From Lama guanicoe (Eukaryota): DNA of 64,000 nt. The number at the start of each line of letters is the position of its first letter. Position 1 is the stretch's first letter. Below, piece after piece: positions 1-11,200 of this stretch. The DNA lies in NCBI GenBank assembly GCA_013239625.1, contig MU053379.1, positions 4,421,229 through 4,485,228 of the forward strand. Reading direction: 5' to 3'. The notes beneath the pieces are model-generated. The model was not told the origin of the DNA. It ran no database searches and saw only the letters and a program-made list of their open reading frames with translations. Position numbers and translations under genes: made by a program.

Positions 1-169
1 GCTGGGCGAGAGCGCTCCCACCCCCCAGAGTCGTCAGTTGTCTGCCCCTCGCCCCATTATCCCTCTCTCTGCCCCCCTGCTTCTCCGTCTCAGCCGTGAG
101 AGAGTCCGTTACGTTGCCCTGCACACGGACCCCCGCCATCGCTGCTGAGTCTGCTCAAGCGCAAGGCCA

Positions 170-800
170 TTCTCTCACGTTCCCGCGGGACAACAGTCAA
201 AGCCAGGAAGTTTAACACCGAGCAGTGCTACTGTCAGAGCCGCAAGTGGCACTTACCTCTGGTCACCGTCCCCGTGTTGCCCGGGAAAGCCCCGCCCCTC
301 CCCACCCCGACATGGGGTCCCACGCGCCTTCGGCCCCCAGCTCTCTTCGGCCTCCTGGACCTGGAAAGAAGGCCCCTCAGCCCTTCCTCGTGGTCTTGAC
401 CGTGATGGTTCAGAAAGTGCGGGTCAGCTACCCTGTAGACCTACGAGGGGTACTTTGTATCCTTCAGGGGTGCCCTGACGTTCCCATGAACTGGCTCAGG
501 TTGTGGGTCCCGGGCAGCAGCGACCTCGACGCGCCTGCTGCTCCTGTCAGGACGCCGTGCCGGGTGCCACGTGACCTTGGACGCCCTGTCGGGTGCCACG
601 TGACCTCGGACGCCCTGCCCGGTGTCACGTGACCTCGGACACCCTGCCGGGTGTCACGCGACGTCGGTTTGTCCCAGTGCTGCTGGTTTGAGCCGCATCC
701 CCGGGTGTGAGGGTGCCTCCACCACCAAGTCTCCCAGCTGTGACATTACTGTTTTCCCTTTTCACACAGCAATTTTTAAAAGCAAAAATTTTAGTCATGT
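170..800 (-). mobile_element. Old L1 (L1MC/MD-like) 3'-region remnant, heavily diverged
   Basis: Segments such as 'tctcccagctgtgacattactgtttttcccttt' (~730-765) resemble the antisense of ancient L1M 3' UTRs. Recognised by eye; boundaries approximate. Confidence 0.4.
550..667. repeat. 29-bp minisatellite, 4 copies (consensus GGACGCCCTGCCGGGTGCCACGTGACCTC)
   Basis: Units start at 550, 579, 608 and 637, read directly from the sequence. Confidence 0.9.
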
Positions 801-3800
801 TACGTCTTATCAACCAACAATGTTTCCAGGACTTTAGACAACACCTTTATTGCCTAAAAGACGAAGAACTTTGTTGAATCTCCCAGACCGTGAGGGGCAG
901 AGGTCCAGAAGGCGTGGGCGCCGGGACGGAGGGGTTCACTCTGTGCCCCCCAGTGTGGAGAGAGGAGGCCTGCGTTGTCCACCTCACACCCCAACGGGCA
1001 GCAGGGAGGGGGAACACGCTTGGGGACAGAGGGGACACTCACCAGTCACCAACTGTCCACCAAAGTCCAGAGCACTGGTCTCGAACTTGAACACGATCAG
1101 AACCCTCTGCAGGACTTACGAACACGGAGTCCTGGGCCGCTGGGTTTCGGGTTCAGGGTGAGCAGTGAGGTGGGCCCAGGGTCCCCTGTTCCAGCAAAGC
1201 CCAGGGGTGCTGACACGCTGTCCTACGGGCCCCCCTGGGGAACCACTGGGCTAGAATTCCCAGAGTCCTGCCCGCAAAGGGGACCTCTCCCCTGGGGCCT
1301 GTCCTCTCCCCCGGCTCACCCGGGAGGTCCTTGGCACCTCACACCACTTCCGTTTGTTCTTGGCTGTAAAACGCCTCATTCAAATCACTGAGATCAAACT
1401 AAAAAAAAAAGAAAAGGATTTCTGACGTTAAGAATATTGAAAATCGATTCTAGCTGCTGTGCGCCAAAGTCAGCCCTTCCACGTTGTAAGTGACCCAGGC
1501 ATTTATAAAGCACGCGGACTGTCGCCCCAGCGCCACAGACCGGCCCGCGGAGCCGAGCAGAGCAAGTCAGAGGCCCGTCATGTGCTCTCTTCCTGCGCCG
1601 CTTCGTGGGTCAGCCGGCAACTGCCGTCTCCTTTGCACGACCCTTTTACCCATTTTCCGGGGAAGTTGCTCAAATTTTCATGTTCATTCCGATCATCCAA
1701 CGAGCATGTTAGAAATGCGAATCCCAGACCTCGAGGCCCATCGCACCCGAGTCCTCAGGTCCGCAGGGAGCCGAGCGCCCCTGGTGATCCTGAGGGAGCG
1801 GTTCAAAGGGAGGTGACAGCTCCAGGCCAGGGCCCTGTAGGGCGAGGGCACGTCACCCCTCAGCAAGCACTGACCTTCAGCAGGAGTCGAGCTGGTGAAC
1901 CGGCAGAGTCGGAGCTCGCCGGCACGATTACTGCCAGGGCTGGGAAAACCAGCCCCACCCAGCACCCCGGGCCAGCAGAGGAGGGAGGAGAGGAACACAC
2001 AGGAACCTTAATGCACCTCCTTCTGCCCCGACCCGCCCCACGCACACGTCTCTAACCACCTTAAACTGCTGAGACGTGTCAACATTCACAGGCCCTCCAG
2101 AGCCAGCAGCGCCCGGAGCCGAAGCCTCGCTGCACAGATGACGAGACCCCTCCTACGAGGGAAGCGCCCCAGGACACCACCGGGGGCCAGGACAGACAGG
2201 CGAGGGGCCCTGCTCCAGCCCTGAGGACCTCGGCGTGCCCCCCTCATGCCCTGCTGGCTCCGTCTGTGATGTAGGGGACAAGTCCTCCCCACTGTGGAGT
2301 CTGTCCCTGGGCCCCCAAGCTGAAGGAGGCCCCCTCGGTGCCCCCGAGCCCTCGCCCAGCCTCCGGCCTGGTTCTCCTGCGCCAGTCTGTTTGCCGCCCG
2401 TCTCCCCCGCACGGCAGGCTGCGGGCCTGTGCTTCCACCCCGGGACCCCACAACGCGCTGGGCCCAGCACCGAAAGCTTGCAAACACCTGGATGAAGACA
2501 TGGACACACACCCCAGGGGCCCAGGCACAGGGCCAGGGGCAGCAAGGCGGGAAGGAGAGAGGCCCGGGCAGGGCCACAAGGTGGGGTCTCCGGGGCCGGG
2601 GCAGGCGGTTGGCTCCCACGCGAGTCGGGAGGAGGGCAGTGCTGGTGCTCGGGGTCTGACGCAGGAGACTCAAGAACACCTAGCTCCAAAGCCGGGACAG
2701 AGGGTCCCTGGTGGGCAGGGGCGAGGCCTCTCCTACTAGGAGCTGCGGGGCAGCGAGCCAAGGGGTCAAAGCTCTTCCTGGGCCCCATCCCTCACCCCAA
2801 GTGCCCTTCGTACCGGGTTCTGAGGTTTTCTAAGCTGGAGACGAGGACTGACCAAGGCTGCCCAGTTGACCAAACGTGAGTCTGGCTTTCTCACTCAAGG
2901 ACCACTGCATTTCACCGTGAGAGAATGGTGAAACCGGCAGGAATCCGACAACCCAGCGTGCGGCCGATCACGAGCTCGAGGCCTCTTGTCCTCTGAGAGG
3001 CCGGCGACCGGGCCGCAGGGAAGAGTCCCCTGAGGAAGGTGCGGCGTGAAGGCCGCGGGAGGGCCGGCCCCGCGTCTGTGGGTCCTGCCAAGCCGGACTC
3101 TGTCTTCCCCCCGCTGCCTCCCCGTCCCCCCTTCCACCCTTTCCTCTGGCTGCTGGGCAAGATTCACAGAAATGGCACATTTCAGAGATAATGCAAATGA
3201 CCGTGGTGCCTTCCAGAAAGCGTCAGCCCTGCGAGCCGTTGGCCAGGAGTGCGCCCGCACCCGCGCAGCAGGGAGGCGCCACCCACCTTCTGAACATTCA
3301 GAAAGTGCAGACCACACAGCTAAGTGGCTTTACCGTGCTGCCTCCTGCGGAAGGTATCTGAGTCAGACGTGAGGAAGCCTTTTGACACAGGAGAGTCACA
3401 CGACGTAAAGGACGGCTCCTGCCTAGGGTGCCGGCCCAGCTGTGTGGTGACGCTCCTGGTGAGTCTTCAGTGAAGCTGCTTCGTCCTGAGAGATTCTGCC
3501 CCTCCCTGCCCATCCCCAGAGGTGGCAGATGGTCTAGGTGCCCTGAACCGTCCTGGCCACCACCGGTCCCCCGGGCTGGATACTGGACCCAAGCAGGACC
3601 AGACGCCCTTCCCTGGGCGTGGGCCCCTGAGAAGGCGGTGGTGGGCGTGGCTGCCGGGCCACCAACAGGTAAGGGGGCAGCGCGGGGCCCGGCTGAAAGC
3701 AGGCGCTTCTGAGACGCAGACAGTGTGCTTGAGAGAGGCGTAGACGCAGGGGTCTCCTCCGCCTCCGGGGATGAGCACGGGGCCGGGGGGCAAGGCCGTG

Positions 3801-4806
3801 GCCTCTCCCACGTCTGTCTGCAGTTCTGACTGCCTCGCTCTGGACGGTCTTCTCAAGGCTGTCGTACAGAGGTGGCCTTAGACGCAGAGACAACGCGTCC
3901 GTGGGGCTGTGGGGGGGGGCAGGTTGCTGACCAGAGTAATAAAGGGAGCAGTTCTTCCCGCGGCGAAGGTGGGCAGGCTCGCTGTCGCCCCTCGTAAGAC
4001 TGAGATTCCTTAAATTCAAAGTTCCTCGACTCTGATGTAAGCCCGTGTGTGCAGCGCTCACCTGGGCCCGCCCACCCTTCACCCCCTGGGGCAGGGCAGG
4101 CGGGGGGCTGGTACAGAAAGGGGCCCTGGGACAAACGGGGAGCTCAGCCCTGCTGGCCCCAAGCGACCGAGCCCTGGCCTCGGGCCCGGGAGCCCCGTCT
4201 GCCGGGCAGCTTTCAGGTCGTTCCAGCCCGCAGCCCGCCACGGCGCCTGACGGAGCGCTGAGACGCGGACGACTCCCCGGGCTGCACCCCGTGCCCGGGA
4301 CTCCGACAGGCAGAGCGTGGGGTGCGGCACAGCAGATCCCGCTCCTGAGCTGCACAAGCCCAGACGCACCCAGAATCACGCCCGTAACGTGCCCCCGGCC
4401 TCCACATGGGTTCACAGCAACTCCCACTGAGTCGGTCTCTGGAAGTGCGCCTTGTCCCCTTAGCTCCAGGGGCACAGTTCCTGTGTGCTGATTCCTATGT
4501 CGTTCCTCTGGGAGAGGATGTGAACTTCTGACACTGACGTGGGGCAAAACCGTCTTCAGATGCTCCTGTTACCTGCCCCCGGGGTGGGGGTGGGGTGCAG
4601 AAAGGCTACTTCTTCCTGCTGAAAGCAAAACGTCCAGGAACGGAACGTCTGGACGAGCAGCCTGGTTCCCGGAACAGCAACGGTCACGGGGACAAGCGCT
4701 GAGAACACACAGGTTCAGGCCGAGCGTTTCACGTTCGTTACATGAATTGACTGTTTGGAACAGAGTCGGGCCCACAGCAGTCGTGAACGAAAAATACTGC
4801 AAACCG

Positions 4807-5251
4807 TGTCAGTGAACAAAGAATGTGAAGCCGTCAAGTCCTCAGCGGCTGCCGCCACCCCAGTGAAGACCAGCCTGCAGCCCGGCCTCTGCAGCCACTC
4901 ACAGTGGTGCCCCCTGAGGGGGCTCAGAACAAGAAAGGACAGGACACTGGCCCTAGACAGCCAGGTGCTTGTCAAGGGAATGAGTTCAGTGGGCCCAAAT
5001 GCTTGCTTCCTCCCATACCTAGAAAACACTAAAGTTTTAACTTGAGATGCCTGGTTGCCTTTAGTTAACAAGTCATCTTTTATCGTTCTGACTACCTGGT
5101 CTTTGTTGTAAAGCTCCCATATGTCCGAGCTCCTCCCCTACCTCTTCGGAATAGCCCCCAAGAGCGATCTGAGAGGCTGTCATCCCGGCTCGAGTCCTGC
5201 CGCCAAATGAAACATCATTCTCCACTTTCAGGCTGCGCGTTTGAGTCGACA
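4807..5251 (+). mobile_element. Solo ERV1-type LTR (cetartiodactyl MER41-like)
   Basis: Starts TGTCAGTGAACAAAGAATG and ends ...GTCGACA (TG...CA termini). ~445 bp AT-richer island with a degenerate poly(A) region (aaatgaaacat) near the 3' end. Family assigned from memory; no clean target-site duplication (TSD) seen. Confidence 0.6.
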
Positions 5252-6129
5252 CGATCGTGACGTGAACGCTTGCTGGCTTCGTCATCACACGATCTCACTC
5301 AGGGGGGCAAGGCCCTTGGGTTTGTGCCTTAGAGACGAGGAGGGCAAGGCCCAAAACGCCAGGAACTTGCCCGAGGAAATGTTCTTGCGCTCACGTTTTG
5401 GGCTTCGGGACAGAAACGCATCTGAAAGCACTCGGGCAGCAGGACCGCGCATCACCGCCTGTGAGAAGCCGGAGGGAAGCAGCCGCCTTCTTAGCTCCCA
5501 CGGCTGCCCAGGGCCGGGCCTTCCCGCTTCCTGCCTGACTGTCTTCAACAGACTGGATAAGCCTTTCACCTCACGGCCACAAAGTGGCTGCAGCTCCTCC
5601 AAGCCTTCCATCCCCAGGGAACAATAGCCCAACCTTCCCCAGAAGTTGCCCCTGCAGCTTCAGTGATGCCCCGTCATGTCTCCTGGGCCAGGGTGGGGCC
5701 AAGTGCCTGCCTCTAAAGCCGGCAGCGACTTTGAGCCCCTGAGCACACTGAAAATGAAGCCCTAAACAGCAGCAGAGATGCGCCCGCCAGGCAGGGGCAC
5801 GGTGGGCTCTGGGAGGGCACAACAGTGGCTGGGGCTTTGTCCCAGCCGGACTGGTCCCGGGGACATAGGGCCCACCTGCTTCTGTGCCTCGCTTCCTGCA
5901 ATGGTGCAATGTTCTAGACCTCCGCCGTCGTCCAGTGAGGCGGCCACAGCCACCCTTGACTCCTGAGCCCTCGAGGGGTGGACCGTGAGACTGAAGATTG
6001 AATTTCCGTTTTTGAATGTAATGAGCTCAGAGAGCCGGCTGGAGCTGTGGCCGCAGCACGGACGGTGTGGGACGCGCAGGGCCGCGGCTTTGCTAGAGCA
6101 GCCGTGGTACCCGGCAGGGCGCTGATGCC

Positions 6130-6440
6130 CTAGGAAGACAACGTGGGACGCCAGGGAAGCGGAGACATCCCAGTAGCCACGCAAAGGAAAAAGAAGGAGG
6201 TGAAATTCATTTCATAATACGCTGTAATCTTCCTCTTTCTCCAAAATAAGATCACTTCGACATGTAACTGATATAAAAAAACAGGTGAGCTACTTCACCT
6301 TCTTTCGTTCGCCTCACGTCTTTGGGATCAGATGTGTACTTTGCGCTCGCAGTGCCCGCTCCCCTGCAGCACCCCATGCGGCCAGCCCCGCTCCAGAGAC
6401 CTCAAAGCGTCCACACCCAGTGGCCTTTGCTGACACTGGT
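6130..6440. mobile_element. hAT-Charlie MER3/MER33-like DNA transposon relic
   Basis: 'aaaaagaaggaggtgaaattcatttcataatac...cacttcgacatgtaact' resembles the MER33 core. Confidence 0.5.
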
Positions 6441-7358
6441 TCACGACTTCGGGAAGCGGGCAGATGAGTTCAAGGTGCAGAGAGACCACTCCCGGGGCTC
6501 TGAGACGTGAGTGTCCCCGGAGTCCCTGGAGGGCTGGTCCCCACCCTCCATGTTTCTGATTCAGCAGGTCGAGTATTCGAATTTCTGCCAGGTGACACGA
6601 GGCTGCTGGCCCCGAACTTGGAGAAACACGACTCAGGGGCAGACGCCCGAGATGCTGTGTTGCCCGATTGCTGATCACACCCCCTGCAAATAAGGGGGAA
6701 AAGCCTGGACGAGGAGCGGTGGGAAGCCACCAGGCTCACCTCTGAAAGTCACCTCCAGCTGGCCTCAGGCATCCTGACCCCTCCCCAGCCACCCAGCCTA
6801 GGAGACCACCACCCACAGCCACCCTGCCCGATTTTCCAGGGCAGAGCCCACTTCACGAATTCGGCCGCTCCCTGCACCGACAGCCGGGAGAGCTAGGGCT
6901 GGGGGCTGCCTGGTGGGTGCCCAGCCCGGGACGGTCCAGCCTGGGGTGTAAAACCACACTCTCTGGAGCTGGGGTGGACAAGGAGGCCCAGTCGGGAACC
7001 CTGGCCCCTCCTGACCCCCCTCCCCAGGCACATTTCAGAGGCCCTGGTGGGTGAAGAGCCGCCTCCGAGGACAGCAGGGTGAGTGGCAGAGGTTTCCGGG
7101 TGTCTGGGTCTAGTGCTCGCCGCCGGTGTCCGCGAGGCCCCCGCACGGAGCACCTGGGTCAGAGGCTGGCCTTCTCCTGTGGCATCTCTGCCCCGAGTAT
7201 CCGTCTTCCGCCTCAAGCTCAGTCTCACCGAAATCTAACTGAAAGGGAGGGGGAGGGGGGTGGCTCGGGCTGCGGGGAGGGGCGCCGGGGCCGGGCAGAC
7301 CTGGAGCTGCCCACGATGCCACAGGAGACTCGGGTTCCATTCGTCACGAAGAGAGTTT

Positions 7359-7606
7359 CACGCCAGCAGCTGTGCCAACCCCAGCCTCCACGGCTGCCTC
7401 TCCGACAACGCCCGCCTGTCGTCCCAGGGTTTTCTGCCTGCGCTGCTCGCTTCTGGAGGCCGCAGTGGCGCAGAGGGTCACCGCCCTCGAGAGCAGAGGA
7501 GGGATGGGAGGCGTCTGCCCCCCAGCCCGGTTCCCCTGCCGGCGGAGCCCAGGCACCCAGAACCCAGCCGCTGCAGGTCCCCCTCACCAGGACCACCACC
7601 TTCTGA
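7359..7606 (+). pseudogene. SSTR4: SSTR4 (somatostatin receptor 4) remnant: TM7, helix 8 and C-terminal tail only, multiply frameshifted
   Basis: Peptides spread over three frames (HASSCANPSLHGCLSDN; RVFCLRCSLLEAA...TALESRGGMGGVCPP; EPRHPEPSRCR; VPLTRTTTF-stop) match the human SSTR4 C-terminus YANSCANPILYGFLSDNF...RVLCLRCCLLEGA...TALKSKGGAGCMCPP...QPEPGRKRIPLTRTTTF. Position and orientation are syntenic (+ strand, tail-to-tail with THBD). Confidence 0.92.
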
Positions 7607-8201
7607 AGGGTCCTCACCACCCACCTGGCGTGGCCACCTGGGGGCCTGCGCCCTCTACAGCCCAGGAGGCTGCCCGTGCTGGACGCGCAGCTGGGAACCA
7701 CCCCCAGAGCGGCCGGGCTGCTCAGCTCCCCCTCCCCAGGACTCCGGCTTTCGGAGAAGCCTCCACGGGGGTAGGAGCCTCTGGAACTGGACTAGGATGT
7801 GACTCATTCAGAACCTCAGGCTGTTTTTTGAGGGCTGGGATGGGGGGATGCGGGGGAGGAAAGGCCGTCCCCTGCGACTTGTTACCGCGGCCCCGGCTGG
7901 GAGAGACTGTCCAGGGCGCCCGCAGCCTTGCTCCCCGCGGACTCCGCCTGCGGCGGGGGCGCAGCGTGTTCCGAAAGACAAGGAGGAGGGGAGATGCCCC
8001 CAGCCTCTCCCTTCGTGTCTGTTCCTGGGCTCTTGTGCTAACTGAGATTCGCGTGTGACAGCCCGGTGCGCCGGCCCAACGCCTCCTTCAGTCAGAGGTG
8101 TCGCCCCGGTGGGCCCGGGCCGATAGCAGGCTTCCTGTGAGTAGAAAAGGTCTGGAGAGACCTGTCGCGGGGTTTGTTCCGAGGCTTGAAACCAGGTCTG
8201 T

Positions 8202-8207
8202 AATAAA
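8202..8207 (+). terminator. AATAAA, possible vestigial SSTR4 poly(A) signal
   Basis: Canonical hexamer ~600 nt after the SSTR4 remnant stop, followed by GT/T-rich sequence. Confidence 0.3.
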
Positions 8208-11200
8208 GAAGCAGATAGGCTACTCTAGCCTAACTCCTGTGATGTGACTTTTTTCGTCCCCGCGCTTGGGTGTGAGACCATGAGACCTCATTAAGGCAGC
8301 GGTTTATACAGGGGTGGAGTTGGGGGGAAGGGGGAGGAAGACCAGAGAAGCAGATGGAAATCAGCCCAGATTTGGGATGGAGGAGGCAGCTCTGTCTTCC
8401 AAAATTATTAAAAAAAAAAAAAAAAAAGGCTGACCTTCAGTAAAGCACTAGCCAGATGTGGATAATAAACAGATCGAGGCTGAACACAGTGAGAGACCAT
8501 GACTTGTGTCTGCTGTTAACCCTTGGATAAACGATCTCCCCAAAGGAAAAAGTCAGCTGGAGGGGAGCTGCGCTCCTGCTCTCAGCCCGACGCAGAGGTT
8601 GGCGGGGCAGGGGTGCGCACGGGCAGCTCTGGGCGCAGGGACCACCGCCTGGGCCCTGGCTCAGCTCAGCAGAGGACCTCTGGGTGTGGCCAGCCGGCCC
8701 TGACCGTGAGAGCAGCTACTCTACTCGGGGTGTGGGGGGAGCAGGGCAGCAGAGGGGAGAGACCCTCCACTCCCCAGGTGTCAGCTGGTGGGAGGGCTTC
8801 AGGAGAAAACATCCTGGCCTGACTTGGTCCAGGACCTGCAGGATCAGGTCTCCTCGGGCAGCCAGCAGGCTCCAAGGTGGGTGCAGGGAGGCCACTGGGG
8901 GCTGAAGAAGACTGAGGAGGGGCCCCCACTCCCACCGTGGGCCTGGCTTCACCTGAGAGCCAGGGAAGAGGAGCAAGGCCCTTCCCTGACGCGTTCGGGC
9001 CGAAGCCTGGCTGTGGGCAGGTGCCTGGTGTCCGGAAAATAGCAGGAGAGCTGACTTCTTTCTGGTGTTGGATCCAGGGTCGTGTGACCTGGCAGGTGAC
9101 CAATCCCAGGTCCTCAGAGCTCTGCTCACAAAGCCGGGGGGGCCCCCCAGCCGGCACAGGGTGACTCTTAGAGTTTAAGCTATGGTTTTCCCACGTGGCT
9201 AGAGATACCAGCTTCTCCGTTCCCGAATGGGGTCTGGGGAAGAAAGGGCCTCCCCTAAGCTGTCTTTGGGCACAGAACCACTGGACACTTGCTCCCGCAC
9301 GCGGCCGGCTAGCCCCGCGACCTGGAAGCAGTGTCAGCGGGATCAGTGTGTCTGGGGGGCACGGGGGACACGCGGTGTTCAGGGTCTGCACTCAGGGGCC
9401 CACGTCTATCTTGGAGAGAAAGCGTGTAGCCGAGCCGGCACTACATCCCAGGGACACAGCTGTGGATAGGAAGCCCTGAACCAAGGCACGCAGCCCCTTG
9501 AGCCGCACACGCGTGCACGCACGCACGCAGACACGGGCAGTACACACTGGAGTCACCTCAGGCATCTGGAGTCGGTCGGCACTGTAACCGTGACCTCCGG
9601 ACCGTCTTTAAAAGTGAACTGCTTCTTTGCTCCCCAGGGCCTGGCAGTGCCTGGCGGGGCCGGCGCTAGAGAGACGCGGGTGAGCTGAGCTCGAGGACCA
9701 CGCAGGGCGATCAGCGAGGCCGGGGGCCCTGGCGCTGGCAGTGATCTGATGGGTGTGGCTGCCGGCCTCTCCCACAGCGACCCACACTGGGCACACTGAT
9801 GGGCAGAGCAGAGCACTGACCAGAGGCCCTGGCAACACCCAGGCTCTGATGAGTGTCTAAAAATGCAACCTCTTAAACTTAGCTGGTGATGCTTAAAGGA
9901 GAGGCAGTCCCAGATGAGGGAAAGAGGCAGGGGGGCCTCTGCACCAGCCGGGCCCCGTGGGCGGAGGTGTAACCTCGCTGAGCCTCAGTTTCCCGCCTGG
10001 AACGTGCACAGGGGACTGCGAGTTTCGAGCCCTCCCAGCTGCGCTCTCTACTACGTCACGAACGCTGCAGAGACGGGCTGGCCGGGGCGGTGCGAGGGGA
10101 GCTGGCGTCCTTTATGCCTTGTGCTCCCTCCTTCACTTGTCAAAAATGAGCACTGCCCTGCCTTTGACCCTGGAGGAATAAATCAGGCAGTGCGGGGGGA
10201 GGGCGGAGTCCTGCCGGCCGCTTCGGGGGCTCACGACTCAGCGGCAGCGAGCACCCCGAGCATCGGTCGGGGATGTGTTCAGAGCAGCGGCGCTGCCAGC
10301 TGTGGTGCGCGCCAACTGCCAGGTCTTCATAACCGGGGTCGCGTGACACCCTCCCCCGAGGCCTGAGGGCGCTCGCGCATTCCACCAGCCTGGGGGCTCA
10401 GGCAGGCAGGCGCCCTCAGGCCCTAGCCCTGCTCTGCTTCCCCAGGCTGGGGGTCTCAGCTTTGACTTCAGCCTGAATGAAAACAGTGTTATCCAGGCAG
10501 AAGCAGCCTTCGGGCACCCCCAGTCAGTGACCTTGCTCTGTGTTTTAAAGCTGCCTTTGATTTACTGTTCGGTGACCAGCCTGGTGTTTAATTTTTCCAG
10601 ATGATCAGGAGCATGGTATTTGCACATGGCAGGTGCTCACTCCTTGCAGTCCTGGCCCAGTTTGTCAACACTAGGTTCTGAGCAAAAAGGAACGCAGTTT
10701 TCGTTTATCTTTAAATTCTTGGCTTCACTTTCGCGATAGAAACATCCTACCTCGCACTCCTCAGGGGCCAACGCCGACATCAGGGGAAAAACCACCAAAT
10801 GAGGGGGAAGTGTTGGCCGTGCTACCCGGAAACCGGACCCGGGAGCCTGAGTGGCGGCTGGGGGAGTCCCTGCAAATCTGACGGTCGAAGCTGCTCTCCA
10901 CCCGGCGGCCGGCCGTGACGCTTGGCAGGGAGGCGCCGAGGGCACCCAGGCGGCCGGGACAGGGGGCAGTGATGCCCGGACAGGGGGAGGCGCTAGCAGA
11001 CGCAGAGCAGCGGCGGTGACGGGTGCAGGCTCGCTGGTCAGGAGACCCCTCGACGCACTCCTGAAACCGGGCACGTGCCCCCGCTTTCCAGGGGGAGGCT
11101 GGCAGGGGGCTCCTGTCCTTGTCACTTTGTTTTTCAGCCATTTTATCAGCAGGAAGGCAGGGTCCCTGGGCCTGGGACTGGATTGGCTTCCCATCTATCC

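Noticed and set aside
550-667. 29-bp, 16-bp and 45-bp repeats as CRISPR-like arrays
   Set aside because: Head-to-tail units without unique spacers, in mammalian DNA with no cas genes.
7079-8058. Overlapping 175-228 aa ORFs as an intact novel gene
   Set aside because: Each contains only a slice of the frameshifted SSTR4 tail; none encodes a coherent protein.
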